A DNA stretch of 33,457 nt from a virus (Duplodnaviria > Caudoviricetes). The notes under the pieces were generated by a model. It was not told the DNA's origin, ran no database searches, and was given only the letters and a program-made list of their open reading frames with translations. The translations under genes were made by a program, and so were the position numbers. Each line of letters begins with the position of its first letter. The first letter of the stretch is position 1. Below are positions 9,601 through 18,362 of this stretch, one piece after another. Location of the stretch: positions 1-33,457 of the IMG/VR virus record IMGVR_UViG_3300005805_000265; one strand, given 5' to 3'.

Positions 9601-11152
9601 ACTGGGAGTTAGGAGTTGGGAGTTGGGATCTGAGGGCGGGTTCGGCCTGCTGGCCCTCGACTCTCGACGCTCGACTCTCGACCTCAGTACCCCTCTGGCC
9701 CTCGACACTCGACGCTCGACTCTCGACTTGGGCATTCTGGCCCTCGACTCTCGACCCTCGACCCTCGACTCCGTTTGCCCCGCCTGTAATCCGCCTAGTC
9801 CCTAGCTCGAAGGCCGCACCGGCTCCGATGTTGGCCAGTCCGGGGCCGAGGTTTCCCACGGCGGCGGCTGTCATGTTGGCAGGGGTGATCGTGCCGGAGG
9901 AGGCGAGTTCCCCGGTGGCCTGACCGGCCATGGCGAGACCGGTCTGTGTGGCGACTTCACCGGCACCTTGGGCGGCCTTGCCGATGATCGACTTGGCGGG
10001 GAGTCGGAAGAGACGGCCACCGATCCCGGCGGCGAAGCTGTCGAAGGCGGCGGCCGGGACAGCATAGCGGGTGGCATAGGACTTGGCAGAGGCCATCACC
10101 TCGGGAGTGGAGAATGCCTTGGTGAGAGACTCAGGACTCTTCAGATCGACGCCGCTCTTGGCCAGGGATTCGAGGATCTTGCCCGAGTAGTTGAGGGCAT
10201 AGCTGGTCTCTCCCATTCCCTCGATGAAGCCCGCCCGCGCTCCCGTCATTCCTCCCTGGACGGCACCGGGGATGGCTCCGACGCCACCGACAGGGGCACC
10301 GATCGCGGCACCGACCGGCACACCGAGGGCGATGCCTTGGGCCATGCGGGTCGGGATGGTCCGGGTGGCTTGGGGGACGAAGGCGGAGAGCCCCTCGGCG
10401 ACCAGCTCCGTGGTGATGAGGAGAGGGTTCTCTATGAAGGAGGAGACCGAGTCGCCCCATGAGTTCTCGGGATTGGAGAACTTTTGATAGGCAGGCGACG
10501 GAGCCGACTGCTCGATCCTCTGCTGGAGCGCGGCGATACGCGGTGCGTCCTGCTGCTCGACGGCTGAGACTGCCTCCTGCTGGGCCAGTCCCCGGTCGAT
10601 GGCGCGGGAGAGATAGTCCGTGATGGAGGGGGCGGCGGGTTGGGAGCTAGGAGCTGGGAGCTGGGAGCTGGGATCGGATAGCTCGGGCGGAGCCCACGGG
10701 ACGGGTGCTGGAAGCTGGGAGCTAGGAGCTGGAAGCTGGGAGGCCGGTGCGGATAGCTCAGGCGGTGCCCAGTCAGAGAGAGAGGCGGGGGCAGGAGCGA
10801 CACTTCCTGTCGCTGGAGATTGCTTGTCAGGGATGGGTGCGCTGGAGGGAGTCACACTTCCTGTCTCCCTTGCCGTGGTGTCAGGCTGGGCAGGAGCGGG
10901 CGGAGCGGGGGTGAAGGTGATCGTCGGAGCATTCGACTGCTCCATGCTGACAGGCGCAGAGGCCGGGGTGGCCGGGGTGGCCGGGGTTGATGGAGCCGTT
11001 AGCTCAGGGGGGACCCATGCCGGGGCATTGGTGACGGCACCCTCCTTGGGTGCGGAGAGTTCGGGTGGCACCCATCCCGAGGATGGGGACGGTGCGGCAG
11101 GTGCCTCCTTGGAGGGCTTGGCCTGCTCCAGCTCAGGAGGGACCCATGCCAT
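6602..11152 (-). CDS. large internal virion / DNA ejection protein
   Basis: 1516 aa, last gene of a podovirus-like structural operon. Pro-rich N-terminus with W(V/A)PPEL repeats, Gly/Ala hydrophobic segments, C-terminal SYDWAQPL region typical of large ejection proteins. Confidence 0.75.
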   Translation of the reverse strand: MAWVPPELEQAKPSKEAPAAPSPSSGWVPPELSAPKEGAVTNAPAWVPPELTAPSTPATPATPASAPVSMEQSNAPTITFTPAPPAPAQPDTTARETGSVTPSSAPIPDKQSPATGSVAPAPASLSDWAPPELSAPASQLPAPSSQLPAPVPWAPPELSDPSSQLPAPSSQPAAPSITDYLSRAIDRGLAQQEAVSAVEQQDAPRIAALQQRIEQSAPSPAYQKFSNPENSWGDSVSSFIENPLLITTELVAEGLSAFVPQATRTIPTRMAQGIALGVPVGAAIGAPVGGVGAIPGAVQGGMTGARAGFIEGMGETSYALNYSGKILESLAKSGVDLKSPESLTKAFSTPEVMASAKSYATRYAVPAAAFDSFAAGIGGRLFRLPAKSIIGKAAQGAGEVATQTGLAMAGQATGELASSGTITPANMTAAAVGNLGPGLANIGAGAAFELGTRRITGGANGVEGRGSRVEGQNAQVESRASSVEGQRGTEVESRASRVEGQQAEPALRSQLPTPNSQSAPSPEVRGLARSIAAAENVAPEIKAEVAASPRSLYEVQTDAAAVTRAKAEVDAVGIDAALTRILGELASGQQVTKDTITTGFELAGRLQGLGRFEDGSALLLGLGEKLTTSGQATQAASLLTRMTPQGIEIHAQNIIRKVAAGDPRLAAALAEIQDLRQQLLEARQQSGTEAILGAKQSIKEGIKDKGAITDINLKLREILSGGAITDEKVKAIVDLLVSAGVSKAEAGGIASGLVKRYASVQNNKRGDVLKLKLNASKDGKAKTKFQKLVELNNAGALSDTAATEGVAKILGAPIWTRANSLKAQSLIADYQKAKALGMEEVAMVKAAEVSDLVHESVTPSVWTKSRAAANMAMLLNTLTIIKNVGGNLILWAPERVADAVTAYVADPLVSRVTGSERTVNSVEMAERIKGLAQPVVDVMQGYSFARQKGLSPKSSMAEGVKTLVTLGRLTAQNKFEIGQINAATGQSVFSSPVMRLLENTLSVALSGADRAFYSSQFKGSIAQQLSAAKSRGESHVGPTSEMLERASMEAARAIYQDPNFLSTGMAKVREAMNWMTTLGKSKEFGLGMAIAPFAQVPGSILLRGVEWSPIGFLNAAWEGLGPVLTSKEFDQKKFSEAFTRATLGTAGLSGTGAWLAGLGIVTAMREDGDDLEKLRRSSGFGSYRINTTALKRLLMSGNLWTPQPPLDGDVIVSYDWAQPLALPLAMGAQWVHERDKTRLERLKGKPAVFAGNVAATLAGSVKTLESQPMLSGLVRFMGAAGNQGLGPALADSAASVPGMYVPTAIKQVNKLMDNYVREARAGGPIVQNLNQIESQIPWLAQRFPIRYDAFGQAMERYSYGGNSFFNVMLNPAFVSQFKSSPALREMESVFSYTGNPKVVPNQLRPKLTLRGQQLDLTNEQLSAYQQDVGSLIFTGYTRLAMSPKFAAGPADAKASAMIAVSNAAAEIGKLRLLARNRDLVSTWRDQAMSARDARQAGPVSPTAPAPPVATQVVAPR
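9603..9769. repeat. in-frame repeat modules: T(G/A)GGAGT array plus three 33-bp CTGGC-(NCTCGAC)4 units
   Basis: Units at 9650-9682, 9695-9727 and 9737-9769; heptamers at 9603-9630. Confidence 0.9.
10641..10742. repeat. in-frame T(G/A)GGAGC heptamer arrays
   Basis: 10641-10673 and 10708-10742; encode SQLPAPSSQLPAP-type peptides. Confidence 0.85.
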
Positions 11153-11155
11153 GGA

Positions 11156-11752
11156 TTAGCGCTTGATGAAGGTCTGACCGTTCCAGCTTACCGTGGCACC
11201 GGGGGGCACCTTCGCGTAGTCCTCCTCGCCGGAGATCGAATAGACCTGGGGCTCGGCGGGAGGCGCGGGAGCGGGCTGGGAGCTATGGGCCGGAACGGGA
11301 GCCGAGACCGGAGGTTCCAGAGTCGCGGCTCCGGACTGACCGACCGGCGCGGACTGAGGCGCTCCACCTAGCAGAGCGGCAAAGGGGTCCGCCTTCTTGG
11401 CGGCCTTGACGGGTTGTCCGCTGTTCCCATCCCATGCAAAGACCGTCCTCCCATCAGGATAAATCATCCCGATTCTCCCGTCTTCAGTTTGAGTATAATG
11501 AGGGGCGGGAGCCTGATAAGGTTGCTCATACTGAGCTGAGTTGGGTGAAGTCTTCAAGGCGACCCGCTTGCTCCCATCAGGTAGAATCACCTCACCGGCC
11601 GATGGCTCGAAGGCGGTCTTGGCCTTATCCATGCTTTCCACATGCTTGGCATACAGGCTGCGGACCATATCAAGATCCTTCCCCTTCAGGGTAGTGCCAG
11701 GGGTAATGCCTAGATACTGACGGCCATAATCTCTTAGGGTGATTGGTTCCAT
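11156..11752 (-). CDS. internal virion protein
   Basis: Lies between ejection genes; C-terminal EEDYAKVPPGATVSWNGQTFIKR resembles termini of podovirus internal proteins. Confidence 0.6.
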   Translation of the reverse strand: MEPITLRDYGRQYLGITPGTTLKGKDLDMVRSLYAKHVESMDKAKTAFEPSAGEVILPDGSKRVALKTSPNSAQYEQPYQAPAPHYTQTEDGRIGMIYPDGRTVFAWDGNSGQPVKAAKKADPFAALLGGAPQSAPVGQSGAATLEPPVSAPVPAHSSQPAPAPPAEPQVYSISGEEDYAKVPPGATVSWNGQTFIKR

Positions 11753-11755
11753 AAA

Positions 11756-12139
11756 TTAGAACGTGTATCCCTCACCACCAGCCGCAGCCCCAGCCTGCCC
11801 TTGTTGGTTCATCTGGATGTTCTGCTGCTTGAGCATGTTGGCGTATTGGAGCTGGCCCATGTTGTAGATCCCCCGCTTGGTTCCGATGGATCCGGACTGG
11901 AACTTCTCCAGCATCCCGCCGTCGATGGCTCCCTGCTGGGCGAGGAAGTCCATGCCACCGCTCATCATGTCCAGTTCCTCGCGGGTCATCTGACCCTTGT
12001 TGGCTGATTGGGTCATCCCTCCGGAGATGGCTCCCGTGGCGGAGTTGACTCCGTCGGTGATGCCCTTGGCCATGGCGAGTGTGCCAGCGGCGGTGATCTG
12101 GCCGGATTGATCTTGGACGGTGGGATTGTAGGCGAACAT
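11756..12139 (-). CDS. internal virion protein
   Basis: 127 aa, Gly/Gln/Met-rich; position in the ejection cluster. Confidence 0.6.
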   Translation of the reverse strand: MFAYNPTVQDQSGQITAAGTLAMAKGITDGVNSATGAISGGMTQSANKGQMTREELDMMSGGMDFLAQQGAIDGGMLEKFQSGSIGTKRGIYNMGQLQYANMLKQQNIQMNQQGQAGAAAGGEGYTF

Positions 12140-12153
12140 GAAGTTAGGGGTTT

Positions 12154-12202
12154 AGGCTGAAGGCTGAAGGCTGAAGGCTGAAGGCTGAAGGCTAAAGACT
12201 GA
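12154..12202. repeat. AGGCTGA heptamer array (7 units)
   Basis: Five perfect and two variant units, intergenic. Confidence 0.95.
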
Positions 12203-12208
12203 CGGGTG

Positions 12209-13414
12209 TTAGTATTGGTAGGGGGCGGCGCTGGCCATTTCGGCGCGGCGTGCGTCCATCCACTTACGGAGGCGGGCCTTCCAGCCGGGGCGGGTGGAGA
12301 TATACTCGGCGATGCGCGGGCCGTTGGCGGCGTAGCGGCTGACGCGGCGGTAGCTGCCACGGGTGAGGAGCCAGTCACGGAACTCCATCCAGGCCGGGTT
12401 CTCCTCGCCATAGACCTCGCGGGCTACCCAGCAGAAGGCGGCGGCGGATCCGATCTTGCCGATGGCACCGATCCCGGCCCCGGCGATCTGGCCCCACATG
12501 GCCTTGTCGGCGGCAGCGGTGGCCGCGTTGTTGTTGAGTGCCGAGTTATACATCGACGCCTGCATGTTGGTGTTGAAGCTGGAGACATTCCCCGCCATGC
12601 CGAGGGCTTGGTTGTAGGTGTTGCCGATCATCTGACCCGTCTGGCCGAGGATGCCACTGCCGAGCTGGACACCGGTGCCAAGCGCACGCTGATAGGGATC
12701 GAGGTTGACCAGGGCATTGGCCCCGCCGAAGCCGAGCTGGGTGGCATTCTGGTAGGCCCCACCACCCTGACCGTAGATGTTGGCGGTATTCCCCAGCATT
12801 CCGAGGGCTGCGGACTGGCGGCCCTGGATACCCTGCTCGCGTGTCTGGTTGGCGGCCTGGGCATTGGCGAGGCGCTGCTGGTAGCGGGCATCGGCGACGG
12901 CCGCACGATTCAGGATCTCAGCGGCGGCGGCACCGGATCCGACTCCAAGCCCGCGTGCGGCGAAGGCACCACGGGCGGCTTGGGAAGCATTGCGGGCTTC
13001 CTCGGCATTGAGCGAGCGGCCGAGGGCCAAGTCACTGGCGGCGGCGTCGTAGAGGCCCTGCTCGATGGAGGTGGGACCGGCGAGAGCACGACCCTGAGCA
13101 TCGAGAGCGACGGTGCCGGAGAGATCGCCGAGCGCATTGATCCGGTTTCCGGTGTCAGCCAGTGCAGTGGCTCCCTGCTGGAGCGTGGTGTCGATGACTC
13201 CCTTGGCCTGACGAGTGTAGGCATTATCGAGGTTTCCTCCCAGCTTGGAAACCGTGCCAAGCTGAAGCGCCTCCATCTTGGGATAGTAGGCAATCTGGGA
13301 CTTGAACTGCTGATCGACGGCTGCACGGGCCTGCTCGTTGGCAGAGCGCATGAGCTTGGCATAGTCGATCTGCTGAGGTGCCGCTGGTACTGGTTGTGAT
13401 TTGGATCCGCCCAT
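12209..13414 (-). CDS. ejection/pilot protein with C-terminal CWVAREVYG (CFI-box-CTERM-like) domain
   Basis: Ala/Gly/Gln-rich helical body, Gly-rich hydrophobic segment, then CWVAREVYG...FRDWL...Y..NGP.IA. Confidence 0.7.
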   Translation of the reverse strand: MGGSKSQPVPAAPQQIDYAKLMRSANEQARAAVDQQFKSQIAYYPKMEALQLGTVSKLGGNLDNAYTRQAKGVIDTTLQQGATALADTGNRINALGDLSGTVALDAQGRALAGPTSIEQGLYDAAASDLALGRSLNAEEARNASQAARGAFAARGLGVGSGAAAAEILNRAAVADARYQQRLANAQAANQTREQGIQGRQSAALGMLGNTANIYGQGGGAYQNATQLGFGGANALVNLDPYQRALGTGVQLGSGILGQTGQMIGNTYNQALGMAGNVSSFNTNMQASMYNSALNNNAATAAADKAMWGQIAGAGIGAIGKIGSAAAFCWVAREVYGEENPAWMEFRDWLLTRGSYRRVSRYAANGPRIAEYISTRPGWKARLRKWMDARRAEMASAAPYQY

Positions 13415-13422
13415 GGGGAGAT

Positions 13423-13492
13423 TAGGAGTTGGGAGCTAGGAGCTAGGAGATGGGGACTACAGATTCTCGCGCAGAGGCGCAGAGGCGCAGAG
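13423..13492. repeat. TAGGAGC array plus 26-bp TCG-(CGCAGAGG)3-type unit
   Basis: 13423-13456 and 13467-13492. Confidence 0.9.
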
Positions 13493-13894
13493 GGGAGAAG
13501 GTGAAAGGTTTACGCGGCGGGCGAGGTGATCCCACTTGTAGGCATGGATGTTGTGCGGGCGATTGCGTGCGGCCCGATACCAGAGGACGTAGGTGTGAGG
13601 ATGGGGAGCGATGCGGAGAAACTCCCGAATGGGAGAAACCTGAGACTTGAAACCTGAGACCTGAGTTGAAGCAGCCGCCAGCTCGGTGAACCATGCATTG
13701 ATCGGTAATCCCTGCGCCCTTGCGTCTTGGCGCGAGATCATTTCCTCTCCCGTCCAGTGACATTCCTGGGCGAGCAGGAAGACTTCTCTCGTCGAATGGA
13801 TGAGCCCGCCGGAAAGATGCCATCCGAGGATTTCCTCGAAGGGCGTCATGCAGTTCTCCGACTGCCATTGGCGAGCGATCTCCCATGCGAGCAT
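13457..13894 (-). CDS. virion-associated protein, possibly acetyltransferase-like (T7 gp13 position)
   Basis: 145 aa between tail and ejection genes; contains repeat-derived QVSGFKSQVS and LCASAPLR. Confidence 0.55.
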   Translation of the reverse strand: MLAWEIARQWQSENCMTPFEEILGWHLSGGLIHSTREVFLLAQECHWTGEEMISRQDARAQGLPINAWFTELAAASTQVSGFKSQVSPIREFLRIAPHPHTYVLWYRAARNRPHNIHAYKWDHLARRVNLSPSPLCASAPLRENL

Positions 13895-14329
13895 TTAGGC
13901 TGAGGGACGAGGGCCGAGGATGTCGGGCCAGACTTCCTTGAGCGATGGGATCTCAGATGGCAGCGCCACCTTCGTCACATCGCGGAGGGACTGCTTCTCG
14001 GCCGCGATCTCGGCCTGCTTGGCTGAGTCACCCTGCTCGACCGCACGCATGTAATCAACATCCAGCTTTGAGAGGATCGGCTTACGAGCCTCGCGGAACT
14101 TGTCGAGGTGGAGTTGCTTTGCCTTCTCGATGTTGACTTCTGCGCCAGACTCCTCGCTAAAGTCGTAGGCGTTGAAGTAGTCGTTGTCCAAATCGAGCGA
14201 ATCCACAATCTTGTAGGGGACTCCTGCGGGGGCATCCTTCGCGGCGATTTCTTCGATAGACAGGCTCGGATCGGCTGGGATGATGACCGCGACTTGTCCG
14301 TTAGGCTGGGGGTAAGTGATGAAGGGCAT
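13895..14329 (-). CDS. tail fibre assembly chaperone
   Basis: DKFREARKPILSKLDVDYMRAVE...EKQSLRDVT...WP is a typical fibre-chaperone pattern; directly after the fibre gene. Confidence 0.75.
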   Translation of the reverse strand: MPFITYPQPNGQVAVIIPADPSLSIEEIAAKDAPAGVPYKIVDSLDLDNDYFNAYDFSEESGAEVNIEKAKQLHLDKFREARKPILSKLDVDYMRAVEQGDSAKQAEIAAEKQSLRDVTKVALPSEIPSLKEVWPDILGPRPSA

Positions 14330-14330
14330 A

Positions 14331-15017
14331 TTAGTTTCCGAAGACTCGGATGTGACAGACGGTAGCGTCAGAAACTACTGCGTTTACCGCACTTGATCCC
14401 GTCCAATTTGAAGTAGCGAACCGAAGTGATGTGGTTGTCGCCGCAGAACTGGCGTTGTTGATCAGCACTCCAAGCTGGGTATTTGCTGAGGTTGTGAAGC
14501 CTGCGAAAGTATAATTCGCATCCGCCATAGCCGTTGCAAAGTTCACCGTGTAGTCGCCTGTCCCGTTCTTCGTGACCGAGGAGACGTTGTAGCTGGATCG
14601 GATTGCAGGGGTTCCAGTTCCGTTGAAATTCACCCACGCCTTGCAAATCTGCCGCTGCTCGTTGGTTCCGAGCTTCGCGGCGGTGACGACGCCATTGGCG
14701 ATCTTGGCCGTTGTCGATACCACCCCGTCAGCAATGGCATTGGCTGTGGTGGCCGTGCTGGCATTGCCAGTCAGGTTGGCCGTGATGGTTCCCGCCGAGA
14801 AATTACCACTCGCATCCCGAGCCACGATAGCGCTGGCCGTATTGGCGCTCGTGGCCGTGGTGGCGGAGTTGGCAACCTTGCCAGCTCCGGTGATCGGACC
14901 GGTAATGTCGGCATCGACGATCTGGGTGACGGTCGCGCTATCGACGAGCGAGTTGAGCTTGGTCGGGGTGACGACTTCTCCGGAGACGAAGGTGCGGCCT
15001 TTGGTGACGAGAGCCAT
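14331..15017 (-). CDS. tail fibre protein
   Basis: VTPTKLN N-terminus, IVARDASGNFSAGTITA, C-terminal KAWVNFNGTG...NVSSVTKNGTGDYTVNF domain. Confidence 0.8.
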   Translation of the reverse strand: MALVTKGRTFVSGEVVTPTKLNSLVDSATVTQIVDADITGPITGAGKVANSATTATSANTASAIVARDASGNFSAGTITANLTGNASTATTANAIADGVVSTTAKIANGVVTAAKLGTNEQRQICKAWVNFNGTGTPAIRSSYNVSSVTKNGTGDYTVNFATAMADANYTFAGFTTSANTQLGVLINNASSAATTTSLRFATSNWTGSSAVNAVVSDATVCHIRVFGN

Positions 15018-15033
15018 GGGGAATTAGGGGTTT

Positions 15034-15220
15034 AGACTGAAGGCTGAAGGCTGAAGGGGTTTAATCAGGAAATCAGGAAATCAAGAACTGAAGGGATGAT
15101 GGGGAGGGGGGGAGCTGAAACGGAACTGGATCCAGTGGGAAAGTGGGAAAGAGGCAGGTATGAAGGTTTCTCTGTTTTAGCCTTTCGCCTTTTGCCTTTC
15201 GCCTTTTGCCTTTCGCCTTC
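15034..15220. repeat. composite spacer: AGGCTGA x3, AATCAGGA x3 plus tail, AGTGGGAA x2, GCCTTT(C/T) x6
   Basis: Read directly from the spacer between the fibre and nozzle genes. Confidence 0.9.
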
Positions 15221-15224
15221 TCCC

Positions 15225-17324
15225 CTACTCTTCCGTCCTCGTCCCTGTCTTGGGGAGTGAGTCGATGGTGGCTTCTGCCGTGAGTGCCCGCAGGATCGGC
15301 CTGCCTGATGTCGTCCTCCATCTCAGATCCAGCATGTTTGCATTCCTGCGGATCGGCCCCTTGACTGTATAATCTTCCAGTGAGATCCCGTTATTTGTCA
15401 AGCTCAGGATCTCGAAATCTCCATCGGGATCGGTCGTGATCGCATCCATCGCAGCGCTGGCTCCAGCCGGAAGCACCACCGAGGCGACGGTTCGGGTCAG
15501 GCGCTTGCGGGTGAGCGATCCGAATCCATAGCGACGGGTGAGAATCTCTCCCTCCACGACATAGGCTCCGGTTCCGGTTGGCTGGTCATCGAGGCCGCTG
15601 TCATACTGATCGAGAAGATAGAGCTTCCCGTTGCGGCTGGCCGCATAGAGGCGACGCTCCGTGCCGTAGTCGGAGACCACAAGCTGATCGAGGTTAAAGG
15701 CGTAAATGTCCCGGCTCTCCCAGGCCTCATTGAGCATGTTGTAGATGAAGAGGGTATTGGGAGCGTCCGAGGGGAGCCCATTGGCCAGCTTGGTCGGGAC
15801 GGCCAGGTAGTAGCGGTTATTGAAGAAGATCCCGTTGGAGAGGCCGACGGCAGGGATATTGATGTCAGCGAGCAGGTTGGCGATGGGATCGGAGAGGGGC
15901 TTGGTATTGCCGCGTAGCTTCAGGTCGAACTGATTGTCGAGCCGATAGACCCCGCTATCCGAGAGGAAATAGACATAGATCCCGGCTGTTGCAATGGATC
16001 GGCGCGCGCAGCATCCCACCTCATTGGTGAGGAGCTGGAGGGAGGAGTTGGCCGGGTCGATGGAAATGCCGTCGGCAGCCATGACGGCAGTGGCCAGGTA
16101 GATCGACTTGCGGCAGAAGACAAGGACCTGACCCTCGGCGTAGGGATGAAGGGCCACGATCTGATCATTGCTGCCCGCATTGGCCCGGAAGGACTTCAGC
16201 AGGGGATCATAAGTCTCGGCATCCAGCACGTCGGAGATGATCACCTCATCCCGGTTACGGGCCATGAGGAGCTGATTGTTCGTGTAGGTGGCGATGGAGG
16301 CCGAGGGCATCCGCGAGAAAGTAGGCCCGGCCGGGTGGGTTCCGAGTCCTACCCTGACAAAGTTCCCCGTGCCACCATCCCAGACCAACGGAGGGCAGGC
16401 TCGGCGAGCAAAGGCCACGCCAGTCGATGGGGTGACGGTGCCGCTGGGCACGGCAAAGGTGAAGGTCGTGGTCGTCGGCACGCTGGCAATCAGGAAGTCG
16501 GCATTGTATCCGGCCTGATCACTGCCATAGATGCGGACAACCTGGCCGACCGTGTAGCCATGAGGCGTTGGTGTGGTGGCGGTAGCAGTTCCGCTCGACT
16601 GAGTGAGTGAGGAAAGGCGATATTCTGGCTCATCGCGCCAGCGCAGGAGATAGAGTCGGTCGAAGGCTTGGATCAGCGAGACATCATCACCTGGGAGGAT
16701 CTGCTCCGTGACAGGGCTGGTGGGATAGCTCTTGGTGACAAGACTTGCCCCGTCGCGCCAGAGATAGGCGGCATCGGGTCCTGCCAGGACGATGTATTCA
16801 TTGGAATCATCCAGGCTCGGCGAGGAGTAGAGACCGGCTGCAAAGACACCTCCCGAGTAGGTCGAGCGGACGACCGGGCCACCGTTGAAGGTGATGGTTC
16901 CGGTGGCCGGGGTGGCCGGAGTCCCCGAGACCGTGATCGTGAAGCTGGTCGAGGAGGGCACGGTCCCCGCGGCGAAGTCGCCATTGTATTCCGCCTGAGT
17001 CGCACCTCGGAGGTTGGCGATCTGGCCGACTGTCTCGCCATGGGGGGCCGAGGTCGTGACGGTGGCGGTGCTCCCTGATCGGGTGATCGAGGTCACGCTG
17101 ATGTCGGTGCCGAGCGTGAAGTCGAGGACCAGCTCCGTCTCACCGGCCGCGATGGCATCGGCCAGGCGCTTGGCCCCCTTGCGGGTCTGGGCAACGCCCC
17201 GGTCGAGGCGCATGTTCTCCGCGAGCTGGACCATCCCCTCCTTGAGCTGGAGAGGATTGATGCGGGAGGCCATGCCGATAAAGCCGGAATCGCCTTCGCG
17301 TTGGACTGGATTGTCTAATGCCAT
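15225..17324 (-). CDS. tail nozzle / stabilisation protein (tail tubular protein B-like)
   Basis: 699-aa beta-rich protein with VGCCARRSI and YFLSDSGVYRL; two internal SITRSGSTATVTT..PHG-type beta modules. Confidence 0.75.
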   Translation of the reverse strand: MALDNPVQREGDSGFIGMASRINPLQLKEGMVQLAENMRLDRGVAQTRKGAKRLADAIAAGETELVLDFTLGTDISVTSITRSGSTATVTTSAPHGETVGQIANLRGATQAEYNGDFAAGTVPSSTSFTITVSGTPATPATGTITFNGGPVVRSTYSGGVFAAGLYSSPSLDDSNEYIVLAGPDAAYLWRDGASLVTKSYPTSPVTEQILPGDDVSLIQAFDRLYLLRWRDEPEYRLSSLTQSSGTATATTPTPHGYTVGQVVRIYGSDQAGYNADFLIASVPTTTTFTFAVPSGTVTPSTGVAFARRACPPLVWDGGTGNFVRVGLGTHPAGPTFSRMPSASIATYTNNQLLMARNRDEVIISDVLDAETYDPLLKSFRANAGSNDQIVALHPYAEGQVLVFCRKSIYLATAVMAADGISIDPANSSLQLLTNEVGCCARRSIATAGIYVYFLSDSGVYRLDNQFDLKLRGNTKPLSDPIANLLADINIPAVGLSNGIFFNNRYYLAVPTKLANGLPSDAPNTLFIYNMLNEAWESRDIYAFNLDQLVVSDYGTERRLYAASRNGKLYLLDQYDSGLDDQPTGTGAYVVEGEILTRRYGFGSLTRKRLTRTVASVVLPAGASAAMDAITTDPDGDFEILSLTNNGISLEDYTVKGPIRRNANMLDLRWRTTSGRPILRALTAEATIDSLPKTGTRTEE

Positions 17325-17336
17325 AGGTAGAAGTTA

Positions 17337-17436
17337 TCGCGCAGAGGCGCAGAGGCGCAGAGAGGAGGGAGACGGAGAAACCACGAAAGGCTGAATCATC
17401 ATTCCTTCTGTTCCTGAGTTCCTGATTTCCTGATTA
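17337..17436. repeat. composite spacer: CGCAGAGG unit plus inverted AATCAGGA module
   Basis: 17337-17362 and 17397-17436. Confidence 0.9.
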
Positions 17437-17445
17437 TTCATTTCC

Positions 17446-17895
17446 CTAGACGATGGACTTTCCAGCGGCGACCCGCTCGCGCATTTGAGCCATGGTCAGG
17501 CCGGTGCGCCACTGGATGTGCGGCTCGTCGATGAACTTCCAGTTGCCTCCCCATTCGAGGGTCGGGAACTCCTTCACGATCTTGCCGATGTCGCGGTAGT
17601 GGGGTGAGGTGCCGAGATACTTTCCATCGGGAGTAAAGAGCCCCACGTCCACGGCTATTGAGAAATTGTGATTTGAAAAACCACCTCTGGCCTTGGTGAC
17701 GATGGGGCCGGGTGCGGTGCGGCCTTTGGCGTAGAGGGCATCCTGCTCGGCGTAGGTGCGTGTGCCGCTGATATACTTCACCTCCAGTCCCTTCTCCTGA
17801 TAGTGCTTCTTCAGCTCGATCAGGAGATTGGCAAAGGTCGGCTGGACCTTCAGGAGAAGGGTGGCGATGACTTTGGCGGATCTTGAGTCGATCAT
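17446..17895 (-). CDS. endolysin, peptidase M15 (L-Ala-D-Glu peptidase-like)
   Basis: RTYAEQDALYAKGR, SNHNFSIAVD, WGGNW, DEPHIQ zinc-peptidase motifs. Confidence 0.9.
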   Translation of the reverse strand: MIDSRSAKVIATLLLKVQPTFANLLIELKKHYQEKGLEVKYISGTRTYAEQDALYAKGRTAPGPIVTKARGGFSNHNFSIAVDVGLFTPDGKYLGTSPHYRDIGKIVKEFPTLEWGGNWKFIDEPHIQWRTGLTMAQMRERVAAGKSIV

Positions 17896-17913
17896 GGGTG
17901 GGAGGGGGAATTA

Positions 17914-17939
17914 TCGCGCAGAGGCGCAGAGGCGCAGAG
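17914..17939. repeat. 26-bp CGCAGAGG unit
   Basis: Identical to the copies at 13467, 17337, 20370 and 22500. Confidence 0.9.
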
Positions 17940-17957
17940 GGAGAGAAATGGAAAGGA

Positions 17958-18362
17958 TCACTTGGTGACTCCTCGTATCTTCTCCCAGGAGCGAGCGCCG
18001 GTTAGACCGAGGAGGCCGAAGAGGACGGTGTTGAGCGCATCGTGGTCGAGGGCGACGACGGGCGCAGGATGCTTGGTGAAGAGCGTGTAGAAGAAACTGA
18101 AGAGGGGCTGGCCCACGAACTGCCATGCAAACGCCGAAGCGCAGACCCATCCCACGGCGGGTCTCCATGATGAGGCAAAGAGGTTGCTGCTTGAGGCTTC
18201 GATGGCGTTGACATCGGTTTGCGCCTTGCTCATCTGAGCCTCCATGTCCATCAGCTTGATGCTGAGTTCCGCCTGGATCTTGGCAGCTTGATCCCGGTCG
18301 GGAACAAACTTGTTCACGATCCCGCCGATCGTCGTGACCATCTGTGGAATGTCCCAGGGCAT
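17958..18362 (-). CDS. holin (3-TM, GTA-holin-like)
   Basis: KFVPDRDQAAK, FASSWRPAVGWVC, LLGLTGARSWEK; adjacent to the endolysin. Confidence 0.85.
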   Translation of the reverse strand: MPWDIPQMVTTIGGIVNKFVPDRDQAAKIQAELSIKLMDMEAQMSKAQTDVNAIEASSSNLFASSWRPAVGWVCASAFAWQFVGQPLFSFFYTLFTKHPAPVVALDHDALNTVLFGLLGLTGARSWEKIRGVTK

